Positions 22,395-32,480 of a DNA stretch of 64,000 bases are shown here, in pieces. Under the pieces are notes generated by a model, which saw only the letters and a program-made list of their open reading frames with translations, was not told where the DNA came from and did no database searches. This DNA comes from Terriglobia bacterium (GTDB taxonomy: Bacteria; Acidobacteriota; Terriglobia; 20CM-2-55-15). Position 1 is the first letter of the stretch; each line of letters begins with the position of its first letter. The translations under genes were made by a program, and so were the position numbers. The stretch is taken from assembly GCA_965198225.1 (NCBI GenBank), contig CBDAOY010000008.1, positions 1,216,001 through 1,280,000 on the forward strand, given 5' to 3'.

Positions 22395-23996
22395 ATGACA
22401 GGAATCCTGATAGCGCTCCTGGTGGGAGGCGGGTTGCTAACACAGAAGTTCTATCCGGACGATCCCCTGACGAGGGAGCCGGAGCCGATGCGGGTCGACG
22501 ACGCTGCGTTCCGCAAGCTCAACGACCAGTACGACCTCTTCATGCACACGCTCGGCAGTCCCGGAGAGCAACAACCGGAGAACGTGGAACCGATTCGTGC
22601 GTTGTCCATCAACACGCTGGACGAGGTTCCGGACAACCCGTGGTTCACGAACCGCATCGGATCACGAGACATGTCGATCGAGGAGGTTCGGCGGGGCCCC
22701 GGCAGCGACCAACCTCCTGATACCACGGGGCCCTGGAAGATCGTCGCGGGCAAGACCGAAGGTGTCACCCCGGGGTTCCGAATCGAGGACGTCCGTGGGG
22801 AGCAGTATCTGTTGAAGTTCGATCCCGAGACCAACCCTGAAATGGCTACGGGAGCGGATGTAATCGGATCGGTGCTGTTTCACGCGCTCGGTTACAACGT
22901 CCCCGAGAATTACCTGGTGACCTTCGATCGGGACCAACTCGTCATCGGCGAGGATGCGACGATACCCGTTCGGCTGGGGCAGGCACGGCCGATCTCGAGC
23001 ATGGACGTCAACACCGCCCTCGCACGGGTGCCGCGTAGCGAAGACGGCGGGATTCGGGCCATTGCCAGCCGACTGCTGCCGGGAAAGATCCTCGGCGAGT
23101 TTCGTTATCACGCCACACGAGCAGATGATCCCAATGACGTCGTCGCCCACGAGCATCGGCGGGAACTCCGAGGTCTCTTCGTTTTCTGCGCCTGGCTGAA
23201 CCACAACGATTCCCGTTCGATCAACACGCTCGACTCACTCGTGGATGAAGGCGATCTGAAGTACGTGCGGCACTATCTGATCGATTTCGGAGCGACCCTG
23301 GGCAGCGCCAGCGTGGTCTCGAACACGGCACGAGACGGGAACGCATATTTCTTCGAGTTCGGACAGGCCCTGGCCCAACTCATCAGTCTGGGAGCCTATG
23401 TCCCGGCATGGGCGAGGGCGAAGTATCTCAAGTCGGACGCGATCGGCATGATCAACCACGAGGACTTCGACCCGGAAAAGTGGAAGCCGAATTACTGGAA
23501 CCCGGCTTTTTCCAACCGACTTCCAGACGACACTTTCTGGGCCGCCAGGAAGGTCATGGCGTTCAGCGACGAACATATCCGGGCCGCCGTTGAGCAAGCC
23601 CGTTATTCCGACCCGGAGGACACGGCCGCTCTGACCGAGTACTTGATCGCGCGGAGGGACAAGATCGGGCAGGTCTATTTTGCTCGGGTGCTTCCCCTCG
23701 ACGAGTTTCGTCTCTCGGATGGGCAACTGGAGTTCGAAGACCTGGCCGTTAAACACGGATTCGTCCCAAACCGCGCCTACACGGTCGAATGGTTCCGGTT
23801 CAGCAATGAAACAGACACCCTCGAACGAATTGATGACGGAACCAGCTTTTCCATCCCGGATGAAGCGCGAGCCGCCTCACCGGGCTCGTATTTTGCTGCG
23901 ACGATCCGCGGCGAATCCGGGGAGCAGAGTGTGGTTATCTACATGCGCACGGAAGGCGAGGGACATCGAATAGTCGGCATCGAACGCACTTGGTAG
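22395..23996 (+). CDS. Exported protein with atypical kinase-like motifs
   Basis: Hydrophobic N-terminus; 'GKTEGVTPGF', 'YLLKFD', 'NHNDSRSIN', 'YLIDFG' in kinase order. Confidence 0.7.
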   Translation: MTGILIALLVGGGLLTQKFYPDDPLTREPEPMRVDDAAFRKLNDQYDLFMHTLGSPGEQQPENVEPIRALSINTLDEVPDNPWFTNRIGSRDMSIEEVRRGPGSDQPPDTTGPWKIVAGKTEGVTPGFRIEDVRGEQYLLKFDPETNPEMATGADVIGSVLFHALGYNVPENYLVTFDRDQLVIGEDATIPVRLGQARPISSMDVNTALARVPRSEDGGIRAIASRLLPGKILGEFRYHATRADDPNDVVAHEHRRELRGLFVFCAWLNHNDSRSINTLDSLVDEGDLKYVRHYLIDFGATLGSASVVSNTARDGNAYFFEFGQALAQLISLGAYVPAWARAKYLKSDAIGMINHEDFDPEKWKPNYWNPAFSNRLPDDTFWAARKVMAFSDEHIRAAVEQARYSDPEDTAALTEYLIARRDKIGQVYFARVLPLDEFRLSDGQLEFEDLAVKHGFVPNRAYTVEWFRFSNETDTLERIDDGTSFSIPDEARAASPGSYFAATIRGESGEQSVVIYMRTEGEGHRIVGIERTW

Positions 23997-24235
23997 GCGC
24001 ATCTCGGGATTGAGAGGGAGAAACGTTAGGATCGGGGGTAGGTGCGCTCTATGGGCGGAACCATCTATTAGCGTCGGGCCCACCGTCCCCCTCCCGACGA
24101 AAGACTGAGCGTTCGCGGTCCGAATTGCGGTGGGTAGGTTCACGGAGAAAGACAGTTGGTCCGGTCCCCCCACGCCATCCTTGCCCAGAACAGTGTGCGG
24201 TCATAGACGCACCTAAACCGCCCATCGTCGAGCGC

Positions 24236-25447
24236 CTAGCGCAGATTGAAGTTCACTTCGATATTCAAAGCGACGTCGACCGGGACGCCATTCCGCATTC
24301 CAGGTCTGAACTTCCACTCCTTCAGCGCCTTCATGGCGTTCTCGTCGAGGCCGAAGCCGAGGCTCCGGACGACCCGAAGGATCTCCACACTGCCATCCTT
24401 GCGCACAATCGCTTCGAGGACGACGGTGCCCTGATACTGCGCTTTGCGGGCCTCCTCGGCGTAGATCGGATCACGCTTGAACAGAATCGTCGGCGGAGTG
24501 ATTCCCCCGCCAACACGGAAGACGCCACCACCGAAGCCTCCACCTTGTCCCTGGCCCAGGCCCGGTCCGCTGCCCATACCGACACCTCTGCCCTGGCCGG
24601 TTCCGATCCCGGCACCGGTGCCGGGACCCGAGGACGGTGGCGCGGGAATGCCTTCGGGATCGCCCAGGTTGAACAGGTCCACTGAGGGGAGCATGCTCGC
24701 CAGTTGCGGGGCCACGATGGTGGGCTCGGCCACGAGGAGCGGGTTGGAATTCGGGGGCGGTTCGGGCGTCGGGGGCACCAGTTGCCGGTCCGAGGCTCGG
24801 GGCGGTTGCCCGAGAGAGGGCGCGGTCAGCGTTTCTCGCCCCCCACCGCCGCCGCCGCCGGAAGTGTCATCTTCCTCGGGCAGCAGGAGCAGGTCGGGTG
24901 GCAGGTAGAGGGGAATGAATGTCTCGGTCACCTGCACTGGGAATTCGGAGGAAGGGCTCCAGAATCCCGTAAAGACGAGCATGATCATGAAGGCGTGCGC
25001 GCCCCCGGACACGGCGACACGCTTCTTGACCTTCCACTCGGACCAGATCGGTTCGACCTCGACGGGCTCGGCGGTCGTTACAGCCGGTTGCGGATTCCTG
25101 ATGTCGTCGAAGATCGCCCGGGTCTGGCGGTAGATCGAGAGAAACGGCAACTGGGTTTCGATCAAACCTTCCAGGGCTCGAGGATCCGCGTGTGCCGTGA
25201 TCTTCGCTCGGGGAGTCGGATTGGCGGCCTCGGCGCGAAACTCCTGGATCTGTCTCCGCAAAGAGGCGAAAGACGTCGGACCCTCGACCAACTTGTCCAG
25301 GGCCTGCGGGTCCGGCTCGGCCGTGATCTTGGCCGGTGGTGGAGGATTCCTCCGTTCGTCCTCGAGCTCCCGGAGCTGCCGGACCAAGGAGAAGATCCAT
25401 TTTTCATTAGCGACTTCTCTGTAGCTAAAGGGCTTCTGGTTGCGCAT
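24236..25447 (-). CDS. TonB-family energy transducer with repetitive N-terminal extension
   Basis: TM helix with 'S...H', Pro/Gly-rich linker, TonB C-terminal domain 'PIYAEEARKAQYQGTVVL..WKFRPG..NGVPV'. Confidence 0.9.
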   Translation of the reverse strand: MRNQKPFSYREVANEKWIFSLVRQLRELEDERRNPPPPAKITAEPDPQALDKLVEGPTSFASLRRQIQEFRAEAANPTPRAKITAHADPRALEGLIETQLPFLSIYRQTRAIFDDIRNPQPAVTTAEPVEVEPIWSEWKVKKRVAVSGGAHAFMIMLVFTGFWSPSSEFPVQVTETFIPLYLPPDLLLLPEEDDTSGGGGGGGRETLTAPSLGQPPRASDRQLVPPTPEPPPNSNPLLVAEPTIVAPQLASMLPSVDLFNLGDPEGIPAPPSSGPGTGAGIGTGQGRGVGMGSGPGLGQGQGGGFGGGVFRVGGGITPPTILFKRDPIYAEEARKAQYQGTVVLEAIVRKDGSVEILRVVRSLGFGLDENAMKALKEWKFRPGMRNGVPVDVALNIEVNFNLR

Positions 25448-25622
25448 GAGGTCCCTGTCTCCCGATTCGAATCCACGCCCGTAAGTAGGCGTTAAGTGTA
25501 TAGACGGACGGGAGTTGGATACGTTTAGTGGAAAATTGATTCGTGAAAATGGACAAGTGAGGAGTGAAGAGTCGGAGGGAGGTGCCCGTCGGTTGATGCT
25601 GCGGTTTGACGAGCAGTCGAAG

Positions 25623-26957
25623 TCACGCAAGAATCCGCATGGATACCCGGCCGAACAGCGCATTCGATTGGTTCAAACCGGAAACGGCCCGTTTCACCAC
25701 TTCTTCAGACCGGCCGAGCTGCTGCTGATTCTGCCTCATTTTCGAAAAAGCGGCGCGAAGCCCTTCGCGTGCCGGCACGACGAAGCCGGCGGCACCGCCA
25801 CTCCGACCCAGACGGTCTCGCAACTCTGAAAAGATACCGTCTTTGCCATCGCGGCCACGGAGCAGCCCTTGCACATCTCGAAGGGAGGTCGCTAACGCCT
25901 TGTCCAGCTTCGACTTGTCCAAGGTCAACCGACCGGAGGCCGAACTGGAAATGCCGATGTCGGAGAGTTTCTTGTAGGTCCCGGTCGTGGTCGCTGAAAC
26001 AGACCGTCGCACCTCGCGAATGGTGTTCCGGAGTTCGGAGCTGGCGGCGATGCGATCTCTGGAATCGCGCTTTGTCGAGTCTGACGAAAGTCGGGCGTAG
26101 TCCTGCTCCAGGGCGTTGAATTCATCGACGAAACGACCGACGGAACGGCCCGTCGAGCCCGCGTCGGAAGCCACGCTGATCGTCGCCGTGCCCTTGCCGA
26201 CCAACGTCATCGATGTACCGGAGACGGCGTCGAGCACGGTGTTCGAAGTGCTGTTGAGCTGCTTGCCGTCCACCTTGATCTGGGCGTTCTGAGCGTTCTG
26301 GGTATTCCCGGAGACCGAACTCTGCCCGGTCGCGAATGCCAGCGCGGGCCCCCCGGAATTTGTCAGAGAGTTGTTGATCGTAAAGCCTTGGCCCTGTCCG
26401 GTCTCCCGGCTGGATATGACCAGCTTGTTGGAAACGGCATCGTTCGTGATCGAGGCCACGACCCCGGAGTTCTGGTTGTTGATCTGATCCTTGAGACTGG
26501 AAAGCGATGTTGCCGACCCCACGTTGATCGTTGTGGTCGTCCCACCGTTCACGGTGAACGAGATCGATCCGCCATCGGCCACGGTGTCGGTCGTGTTGGT
26601 GTAGCCTGTCGTAGACGTCGTGATCTGGCGTTTGGCCAGTTGGGTTACTTCCAGCGAAAACTCGCCCAGCGATGCCCCGGGCGAGGCCGAGACAGTCGCG
26701 ACAGTGGTTGCGGACGAGGAGGCCTTGGCGCCTGCAAAGCTTGCCTTGCCGCTGAGCTCCCGCACGGGGCCGTGGAAGTTCTGGAGTCGATCGGAGACGG
26801 AGGAAAGCGCGGAGCTCTTTCCGAAGCGGGCCTGGAGATCGGCGGAGCTCTTTCCGAAGCGGGCCTGGAGATCCGGTTTGGATCCGGCCGTCCGGTCGAA
26901 ATCGACAAACTTCACCGCGTCGAAGACGCTGTTGCCTGTGAAACTGATCGAAGCCAT
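25623..26957 (-). CDS. FliD-like flagellar cap protein, orphan and divergent
   Basis: 'LEVTQLAKRQ', 'LVISSRETG', 'QNAQNAQIKVDG..STSNT', 'LSDIGI..GRLTLDKSKL.KAL'. Confidence 0.75.
   Translation of the reverse strand: MASISFTGNSVFDAVKFVDFDRTAGSKPDLQARFGKSSADLQARFGKSSALSSVSDRLQNFHGPVRELSGKASFAGAKASSSATTVATVSASPGASLGEFSLEVTQLAKRQITTSTTGYTNTTDTVADGGSISFTVNGGTTTTINVGSATSLSSLKDQINNQNSGVVASITNDAVSNKLVISSRETGQGQGFTINNSLTNSGGPALAFATGQSSVSGNTQNAQNAQIKVDGKQLNSTSNTVLDAVSGTSMTLVGKGTATISVASDAGSTGRSVGRFVDEFNALEQDYARLSSDSTKRDSRDRIAASSELRNTIREVRRSVSATTTGTYKKLSDIGISSSASGRLTLDKSKLDKALATSLRDVQGLLRGRDGKDGIFSELRDRLGRSGGAAGFVVPAREGLRAAFSKMRQNQQQLGRSEEVVKRAVSGLNQSNALFGRVSMRILA
26809..26873. repeat. In-frame 33-bp tandem duplication (DLQARFGKSSA x2)
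   Basis: gcggagctctttccgaagcgggcctggagatc at 26809 and 26842. Confidence 0.95.
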
Positions 26958-27278
26958 CCGTCGTGCCTCTTTTTTTGAGAACGGCCTTCTGAGCTAATCA
27001 CCAGACGCGCTTCTGTCGCAGGCGCTTTCCGGTGCCAGGGACGGTAGATTTTCGCTCTCAGCCACCGCTCTTCAATTAGTCAAAATCCGGCTGATGTCCT
27101 CTTTATCGTCAAAACTGAAGAGCCCATTAGGGAAAACTCGAAGGCGCGGGCAAAAACTAGCAAGGTGACGAGCTCCTCTGGTCCAGAGGGAGGCTGCCAC
27201 ACACTGTGCTTGACTGCGCGACTCCCGTTTCCGTAAGCTCGCTCCGTGGTTTCGGTAGTGAGCGCCGTCGGAGGACAC

Positions 27279-27791
27279 ATGAAGCGAGCTTTCGGTCTGC
27301 TTGTTGCGACACTCTTGTCTCTTCCAGCGGCGGCCCAGGACGATCTGGCGTCGCTGCGCAATTTTCTCTGGGTGGAATCCGATTTCTGTACCGGCGCCCA
27401 GCCGTCGTTGGAACATCTGACCCGGCTCAAGGAAGAGGGCGTTCGAGGCATCCTCAACCTCCGGCGACCCCGCGAGCACGACTGGGCTTCAGAACAGGAG
27501 AAGGCCCAGGAACTCGGCTTAAAGTACTTCAACATCCCTGTCGCATCGAGGGATCCCAAGGATGTGCAGGTCACCCAGTTCCTGCGGCTAACGGACGATC
27601 CCGACCTCCGACCTCTCTTCATCCACTGCGCCGGGGCGGTACGGGTCGGCGCCTTCTGGATGATCCGCCGGGTGCTCCGAGAAGGATGGTCGATCGAACG
27701 GGCGGAGGAAGAGGCGGCTCGTATCGGGCTGCGACCCGGCTCCCGACTGAATGGTTTTGCCCGCGACTACATCGCGCGGCACCAGGACTAG
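27279..27791 (+). CDS. Exported phosphatase/sulfurtransferase-fold protein (DUF442-like)
   Basis: Signal peptide AAA/Q; 'GAQP', 'ILNLR', 'FIHCAGAVRVG' (CX4R loop). Confidence 0.8.
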   Translation: MKRAFGLLVATLLSLPAAAQDDLASLRNFLWVESDFCTGAQPSLEHLTRLKEEGVRGILNLRRPREHDWASEQEKAQELGLKYFNIPVASRDPKDVQVTQFLRLTDDPDLRPLFIHCAGAVRVGAFWMIRRVLREGWSIERAEEEAARIGLRPGSRLNGFARDYIARHQD

Positions 27792-28058
27792 TGACCTGTA
27801 ACAGTGCTATCGGTACCAGCGTTCGGCGGAACGGCGTCGGATTCTAGGAGTGACGCCCGAGCCAATGCTGTTTCATTGCGAGGGCGTTACGACACCGAAG
27901 ACGGCGCCGTTCCGCCGAACCCTTCGGGCCGATGGGGGTTGCGGGCGATCTCTTTGTCGGAAGCCGTCACCGATGAAAGAGCATCGCTTTCCGTCTCCCT
28001 CCTCGACCTCGCCCGCAAGACCCATCGGCGATGGTACCGATAGCATTGTTACAGGCCA
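27792..28058. mobile_element. MITE (non-autonomous element), 267 bp
   Basis: 34-bp IR with 3 mismatches including the flanking CTAG (27788-27821 vs 28029-28062); internal IR 27821-27840 / 27902-27920; no credible ORF. Confidence 0.82.
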
Positions 28059-28126
28059 CTAGACGCCCGAGGGCTGAAAGCTGAGGGCTGAGCGCTTACC
28101 CCAAAATTGCAAATTCTTGCGTAGCT

Positions 28127-29191
28127 TCAGCTCGAACTGGGCGCGGGCACACCCTCACGCGACTTGTCGAGCAGGACGGCGATCCAGCGCCAGTCCGGGC
28201 TGTTCTGGAGGAGAATCTTGACCACCATGGTCAGCGGAACCGACAGCAGCATCCCGACGCCCCCCCACACCCATCCCCAGAAGACAAGCGAGACGAACAC
28301 CACCAGCGTCGACAGGCCCAACCTCTGACCCATCAGGCGCGGCTCCATCACGTTCCCCATCGCCAGGTTGACGGTGATGTATCCGAGCGCGACGCCCAGT
28401 GCCACCCCAACCCCTCCGCCCGGTTGAATCAGCGCCAGCAGGACGGGCGGAACGGCCGCCATTATGGAGCCGATGTTCGGGATATAGTTGAGCAGGAACG
28501 CAAGCAGGCCCCAGAGAAACGGGAAGTCGACACCGAGAAACCACACCCAGGAGCCCAACAAGACTCCAGTCGTCAAGCTGATCGCGGTCTTGATGATCAG
28601 GTATCGATGCACCTGCGTCATTACCTTCGACACCTGCAGCACGCCCGACCCGGCGTCGCCGAACGCCGCCCGCACTTTGTTGGGAAAGCCCGCCGCCTCG
28701 GTCAGGATGAACACGGTCGTCAGAACGACGAGAAAGAAATTCGAGACGATTCCGGCCAGCCGCGACAACAGTCCGCCTGCGAGTTGGAAGATCTGACCCG
28801 GATTCACGATCTCCAGAACGGCCGAGATCGAAACTTCCAATCCCCACGACTCCAGCCGACGTTCGGCCAAATCCATCAACTCTGTGATGCGGGCCTGATA
28901 CTGAGGCAGAGCTTGGGTGAAGGAGTTGACCGAGCCCCCGACGACGACCCCGATTCCGACCAGGACGACGATCAGGCCGAGCATCACGAACAGAATCGCC
29001 AGCCACTGCGGCCAGCGATGTCCTGTCAGCCAGTTGATGAGTGGTATCCCCAGCATCGACAGGAACACGGACAGGAGGAACGGAACGACAACCGTCTCGG
29101 CCGCCCGAAGACCCGCAACCAGGATAATCAGGCACGCCAGGGTCAGCAGCACCCGGGAACCAACCTTGGGATGTTCCAGTTCCCTCATCAC
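28127..29191 (-). CDS. AI-2E family transporter
   Basis: Multiple TM helices; 'FLLNYIPNIGS', 'EPRLMGQRLGLS', 'GMLLSVPLT'. Confidence 0.92.
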   Translation of the reverse strand: MMRELEHPKVGSRVLLTLACLIILVAGLRAAETVVVPFLLSVFLSMLGIPLINWLTGHRWPQWLAILFVMLGLIVVLVGIGVVVGGSVNSFTQALPQYQARITELMDLAERRLESWGLEVSISAVLEIVNPGQIFQLAGGLLSRLAGIVSNFFLVVLTTVFILTEAAGFPNKVRAAFGDAGSGVLQVSKVMTQVHRYLIIKTAISLTTGVLLGSWVWFLGVDFPFLWGLLAFLLNYIPNIGSIMAAVPPVLLALIQPGGGVGVALGVALGYITVNLAMGNVMEPRLMGQRLGLSTLVVFVSLVFWGWVWGGVGMLLSVPLTMVVKILLQNSPDWRWIAVLLDKSREGVPAPSSS

Positions 29192-29293
29192 AACCGATTT
29201 GATTCTAACACCCGGGAATGGAAGCGTGTGTAGCCAGTCGGCTGCGGCCAGTGGTCAGTAGATCACTGAGCGAGAGGTCGGCGAGAGAACCAA

Positions 29294-29347
29294 TGTGAGG
29301 GGGACAGGGACCTGGTCCTGTCCCCGGGTGTTCGCTGAGCAGAAAAG
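29294..29347. repeat. REP-like intergenic palindrome GGGGACAGG-N-CCTGTCCCC
   Basis: Related copies at about 55119-55175 and 59883-59934, and a weaker one at 48231-48262. Confidence 0.75.
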
Positions 29348-29385
29348 CGGGTGTTTGATAAGCAGAAAAGTCGGTGAACGATGGA

Positions 29386-30837
29386 TCATTTCCGCCAGAA
29401 CGCCGGCGTCATGATCACGATCACCGTGTAGAACTCGAGTCGGCCTGCGATCATGTCCCCGGCCAGGACCCACTTGGCGAGCATCGGCAGGTGGGCGTAA
29501 TTTTCCGTCGGACCGACCGAACCCAGGGCCGGACCGATGTTGAACATCGACGCGGCGACGGCGGCGATCGCGGTGAGCACGTCCACTCCCATGGCCGCCA
29601 GCATCAGGCACGACGCAAAGTTGACCACGAAAGCCAGGTAGACCAGGTTGAGGAGGCTCTGGATCGTCGACTCGGAAATCACCTTCCCTCCCAGGCGAAC
29701 CGCAAAGACGCCGCGGCGTTCGACCATCCTTTTGAATTCGCGATCGACGACCTTGGCCAGCAAGAGAACCCTGGCAGTCTTCATGCCGCCCGCAGTCGAT
29801 CCCGTGCATCCTCCCACGAACATCAATGTCAGCAGGATCAACTGTGGCAACGGATGCCACACCTCGAAATTATCCGTTACGAAACCGGTCCCCGTGAGGA
29901 TGGCGCCGACCTGGAACAAGGCACTGCGAACCGCCTCGAGCAGGCCATACCCGTCGTTCCAGACGAGAATCCCCCCGATCAGGGTCGTCGTCGTCGCCGT
30001 GATCAACAGGTAATACCGCAACTCGACATCCTCAAAGAACCGGCGGGGGTTGCGCTCGACCCAGAGCCGATAGTGTTGGACGAAGCTAATTCCGGCGAGG
30101 AGCATGAACACGATGATGATGAGCTCGATGAGCGGGCTGTTGAAGCCGGCGATGCTGTCGGTCCTTGTCGAGAAGCCACCGGTTCCGAGCGTCGAGAACG
30201 TGTGGCACAGGGCTTCAAACCCGGTCATCCCCGCCAGCCTCAGCGCGAAGAACTCCGCAACCGTCAACGACGCGTAGATCTTCCACAACGAGAGGGCGGT
30301 CTCCGTGATTCGAGGCTTCAACCGCTCGGACTTGGCACCCGAGAACTCGGCGCGGTATAGCTGCATGCCGCCGTGTCCGACCAGGGGCAGGATCGCAATA
30401 CCGAGAAGGACAATGCCCATTCCGCCCAGCCAGTGGGAAAAGCATCGCCAGAACTGCAATGCGTCTGGAAGCACCTCGACTTCGGGAAGGACCGTGGCAC
30501 CAGTCGTCGAGAACCCGGACACCGCCTCGAAGAACGCGTCGGTGAATGTCGTGAAGTACGGCGACAGGTAGAACGGAAGGCTGCCGAACAGGCCGACGCT
30601 GACCCAGATTGAAACAACGAGCAGGAGGCCTTCCCGCTGGCTAAGCTCCCGACTCGGTCTCCGGAACAGGAACAGGGACAGGCTGCCGACCCCCAGCGTG
30701 ATTACCGCGGAGTATGCCAGCGGTTCCAGGCCCCCGCTACCGACCGCCCACCCGTAAGCGAACGGGATGAGCATCGTGCCGCCAAGGGCCAGGAGGAACT
30801 GGCCTAGGACGTAGCCGATCAGCTGAAACTGGATCAA
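29386..30837 (-). CDS. trkH: Trk potassium uptake membrane protein
   Basis: Pore motifs 'SGFSTTGA', 'LGTGGFS', 'GSTAGGMK', 'NIGP', 'GRLE'. Confidence 0.95.
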   Translation of the reverse strand: MIQFQLIGYVLGQFLLALGGTMLIPFAYGWAVGSGGLEPLAYSAVITLGVGSLSLFLFRRPSRELSQREGLLLVVSIWVSVGLFGSLPFYLSPYFTTFTDAFFEAVSGFSTTGATVLPEVEVLPDALQFWRCFSHWLGGMGIVLLGIAILPLVGHGGMQLYRAEFSGAKSERLKPRITETALSLWKIYASLTVAEFFALRLAGMTGFEALCHTFSTLGTGGFSTRTDSIAGFNSPLIELIIIVFMLLAGISFVQHYRLWVERNPRRFFEDVELRYYLLITATTTTLIGGILVWNDGYGLLEAVRSALFQVGAILTGTGFVTDNFEVWHPLPQLILLTLMFVGGCTGSTAGGMKTARVLLLAKVVDREFKRMVERRGVFAVRLGGKVISESTIQSLLNLVYLAFVVNFASCLMLAAMGVDVLTAIAAVAASMFNIGPALGSVGPTENYAHLPMLAKWVLAGDMIAGRLEFYTVIVIMTPAFWRK

Positions 30838-30848
30838 GGAGGATTCTC

Positions 30849-32204
30849 CTAAGCCAGAAAAACAGACTCCAGGTCTCGGACGGTACTCTCGAGCGCGAAG
30901 AAGATGACGCGATCGCCGGCTTCGATTATCGCGTTTCCCCGGGGTATGAGTACCTGCCCGTCGGGCCTGGCAATCGCCCCAACGATGGCGCCGCGCGGGA
31001 ACCGCAGCTCGTTCAGCGGCCGCCCCACATACCTGGAACCCTTCGAGGCGAGCAGCTCGATCGCTTCAGCCTCTTCTTCGCCGAACGTGGTGACCGACAG
31101 GACGCGACCTTTCCGAACGAACTGTAGAATTCGGTCGACTGCTTCCAGACGGGGACTGACGGTCGTGTTGATCCCCAGGCGCTGGACCATCGGCAGATAA
31201 CTCATCCGATTGATCAGAGCCACGACCTTCTTGACCCCAAGCCGACGCGCCAGCAGCGAGGCGATGATGTTGTCCTCGTCGTGATTCGTCAGGGCCAGAA
31301 ACGCATCGACTCCCTCGACGTTCTCCTCCAGCAAGGTCGCCTGATCGGTGCCGTCGCCGTGGATGACGATCGCCTTGTCCAGAATCGTCGATATCTTCTT
31401 GCAACGATCATGGTCGTTTTCGAACAGCTTCACCTGAACCCCGTGATCCTCGAGTATCTGGGCGACCTGGATGCCGATCTGTTTTCCTCCGACGACAAAA
31501 ACACGCTCCAGCTCGTTGTGGGTCTCGATCCCCATGAACTCGAGCACCTCTTCCAGGTTGTCGCGCGTCGCCATCCCGTAGATATGGTCGCCCGGCTGCA
31601 AGGTCTCTGCTCCGTGGGGGATGATTACCTGCTGCCCCCTGAAGATCATCGCGATCAAAGAATTCCGCGGTGGACCGGCTTTCTCGAGCTCCCCCAGGGT
31701 CTTGCCGGCCAGCCAGCTGTCGAGCTCGACATTCATCCCGAAGAGTCGGGCCTCACCCCTCGCGAACTCCAGGATGTCGGAAACCCCCGGGTAGTTGACG
31801 ACGCGCATGATCCGGTCGGAGACGTCGCTTTCCGGGTGGATGATCAAATCAATCTCCAAACCCGCCCGCTTCGTCAACCGTCGCCAGTGCTCCACCTCGT
31901 GGGTGCGCATCCTGGCAACCTTGATACTGGCCTTGGATTCGACCTGCGCGATGAGGCAGGCCAGAATATTGACCCCGTCGGAGTCCGTCGCCGCAATGAG
32001 CATCTCGGTTTCGGCGAGGCCGGCACGACGAAGGGTCAGGACACTGGCAGCATTGCCCTGAATGATCTTCGCGTCCAGGGTGTCCTCGAGATGCTCGCAC
32101 CGGGAGATGTCTTGCTCTACAAGGACGACTTCGTTGCCTTCTCGGATGAGGCGGCTCGCGATGAGGGCAGCGACGTCTCCGCCTCCGGCAATCAGAATTC
32201 GCAT
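30849..32204 (-). CDS. trkA: Trk potassium uptake regulatory subunit
   Basis: Two RCK N/C pairs; 'IAGGGDV', 'VVGGKQIG', 'GDGTD'; upstream of trkH. Confidence 0.95.
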   Translation of the reverse strand: MRILIAGGGDVAALIASRLIREGNEVVLVEQDISRCEHLEDTLDAKIIQGNAASVLTLRRAGLAETEMLIAATDSDGVNILACLIAQVESKASIKVARMRTHEVEHWRRLTKRAGLEIDLIIHPESDVSDRIMRVVNYPGVSDILEFARGEARLFGMNVELDSWLAGKTLGELEKAGPPRNSLIAMIFRGQQVIIPHGAETLQPGDHIYGMATRDNLEEVLEFMGIETHNELERVFVVGGKQIGIQVAQILEDHGVQVKLFENDHDRCKKISTILDKAIVIHGDGTDQATLLEENVEGVDAFLALTNHDEDNIIASLLARRLGVKKVVALINRMSYLPMVQRLGINTTVSPRLEAVDRILQFVRKGRVLSVTTFGEEEAEAIELLASKGSRYVGRPLNELRFPRGAIVGAIARPDGQVLIPRGNAIIEAGDRVIFFALESTVRDLESVFLA

Positions 32205-32480
32205 CGTTATCGGTTACTCACGTCGCTGGACGGACGAGCAGGCCGCATCATACTGCGTTCGTTCCGAGTCTGTACACGCCAATCCTCGTCGTATTTCGGT
32301 TCGAGCCTGGGTGATCCGGACTGTTCCGCCCTTTCGTTTCAAGTATCTCACGCCCGCGACGAATCGTCAGACAGGACTCGCCCTGCGAGGACCCGACGGT
32401 GCTTGGCGCCACCGCAGCTCCAACCCGAAGATCGTCTTTGAGTTGGTACAGTGGTACACTGGTACAAAGGAGGTGCGCCA

